IMG/VR virus record: IMGVR_UViG_3300036394_000004
Coordinates: 1 to 42,696 of that record
DNA from: a virus
Taxonomy: Duplodnaviria > Caudoviricetes
Reading direction: 5' to 3' (one strand)
Length of the DNA: 42,696 nucleotides
The notes under the pieces: generated by a model
Databases searched by the model: none
What the model was told of the DNA's origin: nothing
The model's input: the letters and a program-made list of their open reading frames with translations, nothing else
In this document: one piece after another, positions 27,375 to 36,029 of the stretch
Numbering within the stretch: position 1 is the first letter of the stretch
How the letters are laid out: the number at the start of each line of letters is the position of its first letter
Made by a program: the position numbers and the translations under genes

Positions 27375-27892
27375 TGCGGCCCACGCTCCCCGAGCCCAGC
27401 AAAGAGGCCGCCGTGCTGTGCCCACCGCACGCCGGTGCGGAGCTTCGACGCATACCCGCGTGAGAGCCCAAGCTGCACATCGATGACAACGGACGGCTCG
27501 GCGCTCGCGCACACGGCGCGCACCGCCTCGGGAGACAGCACTGAGCCAGCACGCTTCGCGAGCGCAATGCGCAGCCGATGGTCGACGGCCTTCGGCCTAC
27601 CCGCGCAGGCCTGTGAGCGTGTGCGCGCCGCCAGATGGTCAGGGTGGACACACAGCGTGGTGGTGCAGCTCACGCCCACCTGCAGCCCAGCATCAAGGTG
27701 CCCATGCACCAACAACCACAAGAGCCGCCGCACGTTCCACACCCGGCCGCCACGCCCACCAAGGCGCCATTGCGGGTGTTGACCGTCAAGCGCATAGCCG
27801 CGCCAGGTGAGGCAGTCGCCAAACTCATCCACTCGCTCGAGCAAGCCCGCCAACGTCACATCGGGCAGGTCCGCCAACTCGCACGCGCTCAT
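27371..27892 (-). CDS. HNH-like protein, probably degenerate
   Basis: DCLTWRG and SCTTTLCVHPDHL pattern. Confidence 0.6.
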   Translation of the reverse strand: MSACELADLPDVTLAGLLERVDEFGDCLTWRGYALDGQHPQWRLGGRGGRVWNVRRLLWLLVHGHLDAGLQVGVSCTTTLCVHPDHLAARTRSQACAGRPKAVDHRLRIALAKRAGSVLSPEAVRAVCASAEPSVVIDVQLGLSRGYASKLRTGVRWAQHGGLFAGLGERGPQ

Positions 27893-28419
27893 GTCTGCGG
27901 CACCTTTCTCATGCGTCCGCGCAGCAGTGCCATGACATGGCCCACGGCCGCTATGACCTCCTGGGCGGTGAAGTCTGCTCGGCGAACCTGATTGCCCGTG
28001 ACGGCACCGTCACCCTCGCGCACCGCGTCAGCCGTGGCTCGCACATAGTCGGCGAAGGCCGAGTGCAAGCGCATGAGCGCCTCGACCGGATCGCCGCCCG
28101 ATTGGTCCGGCGTCGCGAGCGAGCAGGTGTGACCCAGAGCCTCGGCCATCGCATGCAGCACGGCGAAATTGCCACTGAAGGCCTGCATCGCGATGAGTTC
28201 GCGCGGGTTGGGCTGGTGCGTGGTGGTGTTGGGATTGGCCTTGTGCGTCAGCGTGTTGACAGGAACGCCCATGCGCGCGGCCAGCGCCGACACGCCACCC
28301 GGATACCCGTGCACCGTGTTGTAGACCGCATCGAGGATGTCTTGTCCCGCGGCTCTGGAGGGAATGGGCTCATCGCCGCCATAGGCGAGATGGCCCGGAA
28401 TTGAGAAAGTTGCGTTCAT
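27889..28419 (-). CDS. Phage regulatory CII-family protein
   Basis: YPGGVSALAARMG...TLTHKANPNTTTH motif. Confidence 0.82.
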   Translation of the reverse strand: MNATFSIPGHLAYGGDEPIPSRAAGQDILDAVYNTVHGYPGGVSALAARMGVPVNTLTHKANPNTTTHQPNPRELIAMQAFSGNFAVLHAMAEALGHTCSLATPDQSGGDPVEALMRLHSAFADYVRATADAVREGDGAVTGNQVRRADFTAQEVIAAVGHVMALLRGRMRKVPQT

Positions 28420-28454
28420 GCAAACCTCAAGAGAAAGAGAGAGACCAGCCAGCC

Positions 28455-28712
28455 ATGGAAGCCTTCACTCCCACGCCCAGCGAGCGAATCGATGCCATCG
28501 AGCAATTCCTGCAGCAGCTCGTGCTGTTGCTCGAGGTGGAGCCCGACATCAACCGGGAAACCGTCTCGGCGTGGATCGCCATTTGCTCGGCGAGCGCGCT
28601 GGCGCATGGCGCGCGCACACCGCGGCAGACGATGACGCTCGAGGGCTTGTGCCGACGCGTGCTGACGCCTGCCGTCGACGTGGTGCGCCCGGCAGATGCA
28701 CGGCTCGCGTGA
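28455..28712 (+). CDS. Counter-oriented hypothetical protein
   Basis: 85 aa, ERIDAIEQFLQQLVLLLE amphipathic helix; purine-rich upstream. Confidence 0.55.
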   Translation: MEAFTPTPSERIDAIEQFLQQLVLLLEVEPDINRETVSAWIAICSASALAHGARTPRQTMTLEGLCRRVLTPAVDVVRPADARLA

Positions 28713-28880
28713 ACGCGCAGCAATGCAGCGCTGGTACCGTATGGCGAGCGCTTGCAGCGGGGGTTGTGCATGGGTCATCTGTGGCGGCGCACCCTCCCCT
28801 CAAACGCGTGGCGTCCGTGCGCGCCCTTGACCGCTCCCGTCTTGCACCATGCAGCAGAATCGCGGCAGGAGGAGCGAGCT

Positions 28881-29093
28881 ATGTCAGCACTGCCACACAT
28901 CAAGCACCCAAAGGTGTTCAAGATCGGCGCCATCCACATCGGCGTCATGTCATACCTGCCCTTGACCGACGACCAAGCCGCGAAGGTGGCGATGTACGCA
29001 TATCGCAGTCGCAAGTGGACGCGCAAGGACGAGAAGAAGGTTCATTTCCAGTACTGGACTGGAGATCGGGATGCCCTAGCACTGCTCGGATAA
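28881..29093 (+). CDS. Counter-oriented small basic protein
   Basis: 70 aa with AGGAGG SD; LTDDQAAKVA. Confidence 0.62.
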   Translation: MSALPHIKHPKVFKIGAIHIGVMSYLPLTDDQAAKVAMYAYRSRKWTRKDEKKVHFQYWTGDRDALALLG

Positions 29094-29194
29094 GCGGCAC
29101 TTCCGCTGCCGAAAGCCGAATCGCAGCCTTCCGACCTGGCAGCCGGATTTCCACGTCACCCTTCGGCGAGAAGCTAACGAGGGGGCCAAACTGC

Positions 29195-29452
29195 TCACGC
29201 ATGTGCGCCCTCAGTCGGCGCCTCGACACGCTCCAACAAGACCGACCACGCCACATCGGGGCGAAGGTCTTCACAACGCACCACGCCACCAGTCGCGCGC
29301 TCGATGAGCGGGCACCGCTCTGCCGGGACTTGGCGCCGGGTCTCCGGGTTTTCCGACGCCCAGGCGCTAAGCAGCGGCGCCGGCACTTCCAGCACCTTCG
29401 CTAACCGGGCTTGCGCGCCACGCTCAGCGGCAAAGTAATCAGAGAGGTTCAT
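29195..29452 (-). CDS. cro: Cro/YdaS-like repressor
   Basis: GAQARLAKVL HTH, RCPLIERATGGVVRCEDLRPD; divergent from cI. Confidence 0.85.
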   Translation of the reverse strand: MNLSDYFAAERGAQARLAKVLEVPAPLLSAWASENPETRRQVPAERCPLIERATGGVVRCEDLRPDVAWSVLLERVEAPTEGAHA

Positions 29453-29464
29453 TTCTCCGATTGT

Positions 29465-29527
29465 TTAGCGCAACGCTAATTCATGTCAAGAGCGTTGCGC
29501 GAATTCCAAAGGTTAGCGCATTGCTAA
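29465..29527. promoter_or_regulatory. Three operators (OR-like), 24-bp period
   Basis: TTAGCGCAACGCTAA 29465, AGAGCGTTGCGCGAA 29489, TTAGCGCATTGCTAA 29513; minus-strand TTGACA at 29484-29489. Confidence 0.85.
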
Positions 29528-29538
29528 ACACTACTCTG

Positions 29539-30252
29539 ATGCAGAAAATCGAGGAAATCTACAGATCACGGCTGAAGATGCTTGTTGAAGAGGTTGGGAC
29601 GCAACGCGCCCTAGCCGACATCATTCACAAGTCGCCCGCGCAGATCAGTCAATGGCTGAACGCATCGCCGGACTCGAGAACTGGAAAGCCTCGCTCGATG
29701 GACCGGAACACCGCTCGGGAAATCGAACGCCTGTTCCCCAAGCCAGACGGATGGATGGATCAAGCGCTGCCGGCCGCCGCAGACGAATCGGGCGAGAGCT
29801 TGGCGACATACGTGCCCGGCGCGGCACAGCTTGAGGTTCCACTGCTCGCCAACAGCGGCAGCATGGGTTTCGGATCAGAGCAGATCGATGAAGAGGTTGT
29901 CATCGGTCGCCTGACTGTATCGCCGGAGTGGGCAAGCCGGACATTGAAACCCCTTACCCAGTTACAGAACCTGCGGTTCATTCACGGCTATGGCGACTCG
30001 ATGGCGCCGACCTTCAGCGACGGGGACATCCTGCTCGTGGACATCGGGGTGACCGATCCCAAGATCGACGGCATCTACGTGCTCGAGGCGAATGACCGGG
30101 TCTACATCAAGCGAGTGCGCCAGCGCCTCGATGGCAATTTCGAGATCAGTAGCGACAACGCGAACGTAAAGACCGTCGACGTGCTCAATGGCACCCATTC
30201 GGTGAACGTGCGCGGCCGAGTTGTTTGGGCGTGGAACGGGAAAAAGATGTGA
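29539..30252 (+). CDS. cI: CI-like repressor with S24 autopeptidase
   Basis: N-terminal HTH; GDSMAPT serine, IKRV lysine, GRVVW end. Confidence 0.93.
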   Translation: MQKIEEIYRSRLKMLVEEVGTQRALADIIHKSPAQISQWLNASPDSRTGKPRSMDRNTAREIERLFPKPDGWMDQALPAAADESGESLATYVPGAAQLEVPLLANSGSMGFGSEQIDEEVVIGRLTVSPEWASRTLKPLTQLQNLRFIHGYGDSMAPTFSDGDILLVDIGVTDPKIDGIYVLEANDRVYIKRVRQRLDGNFEISSDNANVKTVDVLNGTHSVNVRGRVVWAWNGKKM

Positions 30253-30590
30253 CTCCAAAGACCATCGCGCTTGTCGGCGCTCTCTCACTTGCGCTCGCCG
30301 CACACGCAACCACGCTAAAAGTCTCCAAGGAAAGTTTTGGCAAGACATGGCCGCTCATGGTGGACAGCGGCACCCTGTCATGCGAGCGCGAACCCGGGAG
30401 CAGCCAAGACATGGTGACCTTCACCAACGCGACCGGAACGTATGCACTGAATGGCGCAGCACGAGCACGCGCCCAGCAAAAAGGATGGTTCGCGGTGCAA
30501 GGAATCTGGCGCCCAAATCCGGAAGTGCCTGGCACACGCATGGACATCAGCGTCCTCATCACCCCCGGCTTGAAACTCTGCGCTCGCTAG
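30249..30590 (+). CDS. Exported DUF2511/YebY-like protein
   Basis: Signal peptide; FGKTWPLMVDSGTLSC, YALNGAA, GLKLC; GTGA overlap with cI stop. Confidence 0.75.
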   Translation: MTPKTIALVGALSLALAAHATTLKVSKESFGKTWPLMVDSGTLSCEREPGSSQDMVTFTNATGTYALNGAARARAQQKGWFAVQGIWRPNPEVPGTRMDISVLITPGLKLCAR

Positions 30591-30647
30591 CACCCTGAGC
30601 CGAAATTCAGCGCATTCGGCCGGCCCGCTGCCCCGGGGAAATATAAT

Positions 30648-30691
30648 TTAGCGCAACGCTATTGACAGATAGTTTAGCGGTGCGCTAATCT
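30648..30691 (+). promoter_or_regulatory. PL-like promoter with two operators
   Basis: TTAGCGCAACGCTAT 30648 and TTAGCGGTGCGCTAA 30674 flank TTGACA 30662; TAATCT at 30686. Confidence 0.85.
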
Positions 30692-30712
30692 TCAGCCATC
30701 ACCTTAACGGAG

Positions 30713-30910
30713 ATGGACATGAAGAGATCTGCCCCCGCCGCGCCCACCACGCGCCCCTACCGCTGCTTTTACGAGCCAGCCCCCACCGACTGCGGCGTCC
30801 TGCCGCACGTCGACCTCGACGCCGAGGACGGTAGCGCTGCCCTCGAAGCCGCACACACGAAGACCGGGCACCCCATTGCCCGCGTCGAACGCCTCGAGCA
30901 CGCGAGCTAA
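30713..30910 (+). CDS. Early hypothetical protein
   Basis: First ORF after promoter; GGAG SD. Confidence 0.6.
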   Translation: MDMKRSAPAAPTTRPYRCFYEPAPTDCGVLPHVDLDAEDGSAALEAAHTKTGHPIARVERLEHAS

Positions 30911-30913
30911 GCG

Positions 30914-31264
30914 ATGCGCGGCGTCAAAGCTCACCACGCCACGAGCGCGGGCGCAGCCACCGGCTTCGTCCCAACCGGCTCGGCGCGCGTGGATATTTGG
31001 ATTCGCAAGGTCAGCACGCGCCGCCAGGCGTTCTATCGCTGCCCCGCAGTCGGCATCGCCGCATGGCAGCCCATGGGCCTGCCGCTGGCGGACAAGGCAC
31101 TGAAGGCCGGCAAGGTCTCGCTGCCCGGCGTCGCGGACGGCGTGGTCCGCGCCCACGTGGAGGAAGCTCCTGCACACCCCATGCGTGCGCAGTTCGCCAC
31201 GCAGGCGCAATCCCTCAACCGCCAAATCGATGCATTGAATGCGTCAGCAGGTGCAGCACGATGA
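30914..31264 (+). CDS. Early hypothetical protein
   Basis: 116 aa; tight packing, ATGA overlap with next gene. Confidence 0.6.
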   Translation: MRGVKAHHATSAGAATGFVPTGSARVDIWIRKVSTRRQAFYRCPAVGIAAWQPMGLPLADKALKAGKVSLPGVADGVVRAHVEEAPAHPMRAQFATQAQSLNRQIDALNASAGAAR

Positions 31265-31473
31265 CCGCCGCATCCAACATGACGGTTGCGCCTGCCGCAA
31301 CCCGTCACCTCGACCCGCAGGCCGAGGCCATCAACCTACAGCTGCTGCGCTCGGAAAAATCGTTGTACGACGCACTCCGCAGTGCGGAGGCAGCGAGCTA
31401 CGGCGACCAGATTCGCGCCGCAATCACTCAAGCCATCGAGCAGGTGTCGTTCGTTCGGAGGCAACTCGGATGA
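31261..31473 (+). CDS. Early hypothetical protein
   Basis: 70 aa helical; ATGA overlaps. Confidence 0.55.
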   Translation: MTAASNMTVAPAATRHLDPQAEAINLQLLRSEKSLYDALRSAEAASYGDQIRAAITQAIEQVSFVRRQLG

Positions 31474-31592
31474 GAACGTCGCCCGTACAGCCCGCACCTG
31501 GCCTGTTCAAGACCATCGCGATGCTCGCGGTGCCCATCGTCATGCCGGTCGTCGTCGCAGCGATGGCGGTCTACGGATGGAGCACGCCGTGA
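31470..31592 (+). CDS. Small single-TM protein
   Basis: 40 aa hydrophobic; GGAGG SD, coupled both sides. Confidence 0.55.
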   Translation: MRTSPVQPAPGLFKTIAMLAVPIVMPVVVAAMAVYGWSTP

Positions 31593-31762
31593 TTCAGCTC
31601 GCGCTTGAACCCCGCCGCCGGCGCCCCGCGCCGCTCCCGCCCACCGGCCCCGTGGGCGGCTTGCTCGACCCGCGCTTCAAGTACCAGCGCGCCTGCGAAA
31701 CCGACATCCGCAAGACCTTCCAGCGAGTGATCGCTGAGCAGAAGAAAGGACAACGCCTGTGA
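31589..31762 (+). CDS. Small basic hypothetical protein
   Basis: LLDPRFKY...TDIRKTF; GTGA overlaps. Confidence 0.6.
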   Translation: MIQLALEPRRRRPAPLPPTGPVGGLLDPRFKYQRACETDIRKTFQRVIAEQKKGQRL

Positions 31763-32100
31763 CCACCACCACTACCGGCGTCTTCTTCGTCGGCAAGGAC
31801 TACCCGAGCCGCCCCGCTGTCAGCGAGCACATCGATGACAACAAAGATTTCGTGCTGAAGATGCGCCTTATCGATAACCAAGGGCCCGGCCGCGTCGAGG
31901 GCTACGTCGTGCGCTGGCTCGGACCGAATGCGGAGGCGTGGCGCAAGACGCACCCCGGGCTCAAGGCCGGCGACGCGCTGCGCCTGGTGCTCATCAATCC
32001 GCGCTCCCTGCTGGGCCCGCGCGGCTCGCCCGAAACGACCGCGACCGTCAGCAGCTGCGAGCTGCTGCCCGCCCGCGCGCCCGCCGCTCAGCCCGCCTGA
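31759..32100 (+). CDS. Hypothetical protein, possible OB fold
   Basis: 113 aa beta-rich, LKAGDAL motif. Confidence 0.55.
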   Translation: MTTTTTGVFFVGKDYPSRPAVSEHIDDNKDFVLKMRLIDNQGPGRVEGYVVRWLGPNAEAWRKTHPGLKAGDALRLVLINPRSLLGPRGSPETTATVSSCELLPARAPAAQPA

Positions 32101-32152
32101 CGCGCGCCCACCACTGCCCTGCCCTTTCATCAACCACAGGAGAGCCACGCCC

Positions 32153-32500
32153 GTGAAAGCGTTTTCCCTTTTCATTGTCGAGCTCAACGAAGGCACTACG
32201 AATGCCGCGTTGAGTGCCGACCTCGCCGAGCTGCTGCGCACGGTGCAAACCACCGGCCGTGCCGGCTCGCTCACGCTGAAAGTGAAGGTGGCCCCGGCCA
32301 CTCGCACCAACAGCGGATCGGTCGACAAAGTGACCATCACCGCTGACCGAAAGCTCGAGCTGCCCAAGCCCGAGCAGGCCAGCGACTTCTTCTGGCTCAC
32401 CGAGGACGGTGAGACCTCCCGCAATCACCCGCGGCAGCAAGAGCTGCAGCTGCGTGATGTTTCCACCACCACCCCTCCCGCAACTCTCAAGGAAGCCTGA
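32153..32500 (+). CDS. Conserved phage protein preceding DUF2303
   Basis: AGGAG SD, GTG start; TGRAGSLTLKVKV, FFWLTEDG.TSR.HPRQ. Confidence 0.78.
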   Translation: MKAFSLFIVELNEGTTNAALSADLAELLRTVQTTGRAGSLTLKVKVAPATRTNSGSVDKVTITADRKLELPKPEQASDFFWLTEDGETSRNHPRQQELQLRDVSTTTPPATLKEA

Positions 32501-32503
32501 TCC

Positions 32504-33346
32504 ATGGACGCCCTCAACGCGCCTACCGCCCAACTCATCCGCGACATCACCACCATCGGCCTCGAGCCGAAGGCCATCGCCGGCACGACCCACCTCGTGG
32601 TACCGCCGCAGTTCCAGCACATCGACCTCACCAGCAAGATCGAGCAGGCGCAGTTCGCGCCGAACCGTCTGCGCGGCACCGTCGCGCTGGGCTCGCTCGA
32701 AAGCCTGCTCACCTACCTCGCCGACCAGCACGCCCAGGCATCGGGCTACGTGTACGCCGACTCCGAAGCTCGCACCATCACTGCCGTCTTCAACGACACG
32801 AAGTCGGGCCCGGGCTGGCGTGACCATCGCGCAGTGTTCGCGGCCGTGCTCACGCCGGAAGCGAAGCGCTGGCTCGACAAGGACGGCGAGACCTTCACGC
32901 AGACCGAGTTCGCCGAGTTCATCGAAGACAACATGGCCGACCTGCACGGCGATGACGCCGAGAAGCTGCTCACGGTCGCAACCACCATTGCCGCGGCGAC
33001 GGGCATTAACTTTTCGAGCGCGAAGCGCCTGCAGGATGGGCAGACCCAGCTCACCTACGTGGAGACCGTCAACGCCACGGCCGGCGCCGAGGGCGGCCTA
33101 TCGATTCCGAAGACCTTCACGCTCGGCCTGCGCCTGTTCAAGAACGGCGGCGGCTACAAGCTCACCGCGCGCCTGAAGTACCGCTTGCACAGCGGTGCCG
33201 TGAAGTTTTGGTACGAGCTGGAACGCCCCGAGAACGCCATTGAAGACGCGTTCACGGGCTACGTCGAACAGGTGCGCAATGCGACGGTGACGACGGTCGA
33301 AGGCCCCGCACCGCTGGGCTACACGGTCCTCATCGGCAAGGCGTAA
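32504..33346 (+). CDS. DUF2303 (YfdQ-like) protein
   Basis: GWRDHRA, QTEFAEFIEDN, ARLKYR motifs. Confidence 0.85.
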   Translation: MDALNAPTAQLIRDITTIGLEPKAIAGTTHLVVPPQFQHIDLTSKIEQAQFAPNRLRGTVALGSLESLLTYLADQHAQASGYVYADSEARTITAVFNDTKSGPGWRDHRAVFAAVLTPEAKRWLDKDGETFTQTEFAEFIEDNMADLHGDDAEKLLTVATTIAAATGINFSSAKRLQDGQTQLTYVETVNATAGAEGGLSIPKTFTLGLRLFKNGGGYKLTARLKYRLHSGAVKFWYELERPENAIEDAFTGYVEQVRNATVTTVEGPAPLGYTVLIGKA

Positions 33347-33370
33347 GCCTCACTCGCGAGCGGCCAGCAC

Positions 33371-33568
33371 ATGCCATTCCCCATTGTTTTGCTCGAGCGC
33401 ATCGAGCGCGAGGCCAAAGCTGCCGCCGCTCGCGGCGACAGCCTGAACGAGGCCTGTCCCTATTCCTTCTACGACCCGGCAGGCGAGACCTATCGGGAAA
33501 TCTTCAACCAGCACCGCGCCGCGCTCATCGCGCTCGGCCAGGCGCCCACCGCAAAGGCCGCCCCATGA
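33371..33568 (+). CDS. Small hypothetical protein
   Basis: 65 aa with ACPY motif; ATGA overlap. Confidence 0.6.
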   Translation: MPFPIVLLERIEREAKAAAARGDSLNEACPYSFYDPAGETYREIFNQHRAALIALGQAPTAKAAP

Positions 33569-34230
33569 CTTGGATGCTCACCAGCACCGGCATCGAATAC
33601 CACCTATCCGGCCCATCCGCTCTGGGCGCGAATGGCCGCTCGGTGACCATTGATGACATCGCGCACCACCTGGCGATCATCAACCGCTTCACCGGCGCGA
33701 CCTCGCGCCCGTATAGCGTCGCAGAGCACAGCCTTCTGTGCGCCGACATTGCCGCGCGCATCGGCGTCTCGCCCATCGTGCAAATGGCCGCGCTCATGCA
33801 TGACGCGCACGAGGCTTACGTCTCCGATCTGAGCAGCCCGGCAAAGACTGCCATCGACGGGTACGGCATGGCCCAGAGCGGCATCCCCGCTTGGAGTCTC
33901 TTCGAGGCGGAGCACGCAAAAGCATTGCGCGCTAAGTTCGGCCTGCTCACCGTGTTCTCCAACCATCGCGCATTTATCCGCGAGGTGGACCTTGAGGCCC
34001 TTGCCACCGAGCGACGCGACCTGACAGCCTTCAACGCCGCATCGCACAGCCCGTGGGCCGTCCTGCGCGATGACACCGAGTCACCCATCCCCGCGGCACC
34101 TTGGGTGGACCTGAACTCGCCTGAACGGGAATCGAAGACCTGGCGCGACTGGCGCGGCGAGTTCCGCGTGCGCTTCCAATCCCTGCGCGCCGCTGTCATG
34201 GCAGCCAATGCGAAGGCGTCCGCATGCTGA
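33565..34230 (+). CDS. HD-domain phosphohydrolase (YfdR-like)
   Basis: DIAHHLAIINRFTG, YSVAEHS, LMHDAHEAYVSD, ATERRDL. Confidence 0.9.
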   Translation: MTWMLTSTGIEYHLSGPSALGANGRSVTIDDIAHHLAIINRFTGATSRPYSVAEHSLLCADIAARIGVSPIVQMAALMHDAHEAYVSDLSSPAKTAIDGYGMAQSGIPAWSLFEAEHAKALRAKFGLLTVFSNHRAFIREVDLEALATERRDLTAFNAASHSPWAVLRDDTESPIPAAPWVDLNSPERESKTWRDWRGEFRVRFQSLRAAVMAANAKASAC

Positions 34231-36029
34231 CGCCTCAGTTCATCCTCAACCTCTCGGCGAAGCTGGTCATCGTGCTGTTCGCTGGCTCGGGCGGCAGTTG
34301 CACAGGCATCGAGCAGGCCATCGGCCGGCACGTCGACATTGCCGTCAACCACAACGAGAACGCCGTTTCGTGCCACCGGATCAACCATCCGCAGACGCGG
34401 CACTACCGCAAGGACGTGCGCGAGCTGTGCCCGCGTGAGCTGACCGGCGGCCAGTCCACCGGCTACTTCCATGCGAGCCCGGACTGCACGCACTTCAGCC
34501 AAGCGCTCGGCGGACAACCTCGCGACACCGAAATCCGCTCGCTGTCGTGGATCGTGGTCCGCTGGGCCGGCCAGGCGCTGCCCGATGTCATCACCCTTGA
34601 GAACGTCGAGCAGATTCGCAAATGGGGCCCGTTGATCGCGAAGCGCGACAAGGCCACCGGCCGGGTCATCAAGCTCGACGGTACGGTGGCCGGACCGGGC
34701 GAGTACGTGCCACGCCGCTTGCAACACCTTGTGCCGGACCCGAAGCGCATCGGCAAGACCTGGGAGCGCTTCCTCGCCCTGCTGCGCACGAAGGGCTATG
34801 TCATTGAGCACCGCCTGCTGCGCGCCGCCGACTACGGCGTGCCCACCACACGCCTGCGCCTGTTCATGGTCGCGCGTCGCGATGGCCTGCCGATCCAATG
34901 GCCGGAAGCCACACACGCGCAGAAGCCAGCGAAGGGCCTGAAGAAGTGGCGCAGCGCAGCCGAATGCATCGACTTCTCGCTGCCCACGCAAAGCATCTTC
35001 GACCGGAAGAAGCCGCTCGTTGACGCGACGTGCCGACGCATCGCCCACGGCCTGAAGCGGTACGTGCTGGACAACGCAGACCCCTTCATAGTTCCGGTGA
35101 CGCACTCGGGCAGCGTGCGGGTGCACGACATCCGAGAGCCTCTGCGCACAGTGACCACCGCCCAGCGCGGCGAGTTCATGCTCGCGACGCCCGTCATGAT
35201 TCAGGCCGGCCACGGCGAGGGCAAGGCCGGCGCCAGGCGCTGGAGCTACGGCGCCAAGGACATCCGCGATCCCGTAGGCACCATCACTGCCAGCGGTGGC
35301 GGCCAAGCCATGGCCATCGGCACGCTGGTGCAGACGGGTTACGGCGAACGCGCCGGCCAGGCGCCGCGCGCCCTCGACATCACGAAGCCGCTTGGCACCG
35401 TCGTGGCAGGCGCAGCGAAGCACGCGCTCGTGACGGCGTTCGTTGAACAGGCGAACGGCGGGCACAACACCACGCCAGCGCGCAGCGCGAACGATCCGCT
35501 TTCGACTGTGACCACCGCAGGCAGTCAGCAGCGGCTCGTGACTGCCCACCTCGCGCACCTGCGAGGCAACTGCGACGCGCGCCCGATGGATGAACCGCTG
35601 CGCACGGTCAGCGCCGGCGGCCAGCATCACGGCCTTGTCGAGTACCACCTCGCGCCCGAGGCGGAAGCCGGCGCGCTGCGCTGCGCCGCTTTCCTGATCC
35701 GCTACTACGGCGAGGGCGGCCAATGGGGCGATGTGCGCGACCCAATGCACACCATCACCACGAAGGACCGCCTTGCGCTGGTTACGGTGTGGCTACAGGG
35801 CGAGCCTTGGGTGATCGTGGACATCTGCCTACGCATGCTGGTGCCGCGCGAGCTGGCGAACGCCACAGGCTTCCCGCGCCAGTACGTCATCGACCGTGGA
35901 CATGACGGCCGCATGTTCACGAAGACCCAGCAAGTGGCAATGATCGGCAACGCGGTGCCACCCGGGCTGCAGCGCGCGGTGACGGCCGCGAACTACCGCG
36001 AAATGTGGCAAGAGAAAGCAGCAGCATGA
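34224..36029 (+). CDS. DNA cytosine-C5 methyltransferase (orphan)
   Basis: LFAGSGG, SPDCTHFS, ENV, YGVPTTRLR, IGNAVPP motifs. Confidence 0.93.
   Translation: MLTPQFILNLSAKLVIVLFAGSGGSCTGIEQAIGRHVDIAVNHNENAVSCHRINHPQTRHYRKDVRELCPRELTGGQSTGYFHASPDCTHFSQALGGQPRDTEIRSLSWIVVRWAGQALPDVITLENVEQIRKWGPLIAKRDKATGRVIKLDGTVAGPGEYVPRRLQHLVPDPKRIGKTWERFLALLRTKGYVIEHRLLRAADYGVPTTRLRLFMVARRDGLPIQWPEATHAQKPAKGLKKWRSAAECIDFSLPTQSIFDRKKPLVDATCRRIAHGLKRYVLDNADPFIVPVTHSGSVRVHDIREPLRTVTTAQRGEFMLATPVMIQAGHGEGKAGARRWSYGAKDIRDPVGTITASGGGQAMAIGTLVQTGYGERAGQAPRALDITKPLGTVVAGAAKHALVTAFVEQANGGHNTTPARSANDPLSTVTTAGSQQRLVTAHLAHLRGNCDARPMDEPLRTVSAGGQHHGLVEYHLAPEAEAGALRCAAFLIRYYGEGGQWGDVRDPMHTITTKDRLALVTVWLQGEPWVIVDICLRMLVPRELANATGFPRQYVIDRGHDGRMFTKTQQVAMIGNAVPPGLQRAVTAANYREMWQEKAAA

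Noticed and set aside
33816-35750. 644-aa minus-strand ORF
   Set aside because: Shadow of the methyltransferase and HD genes
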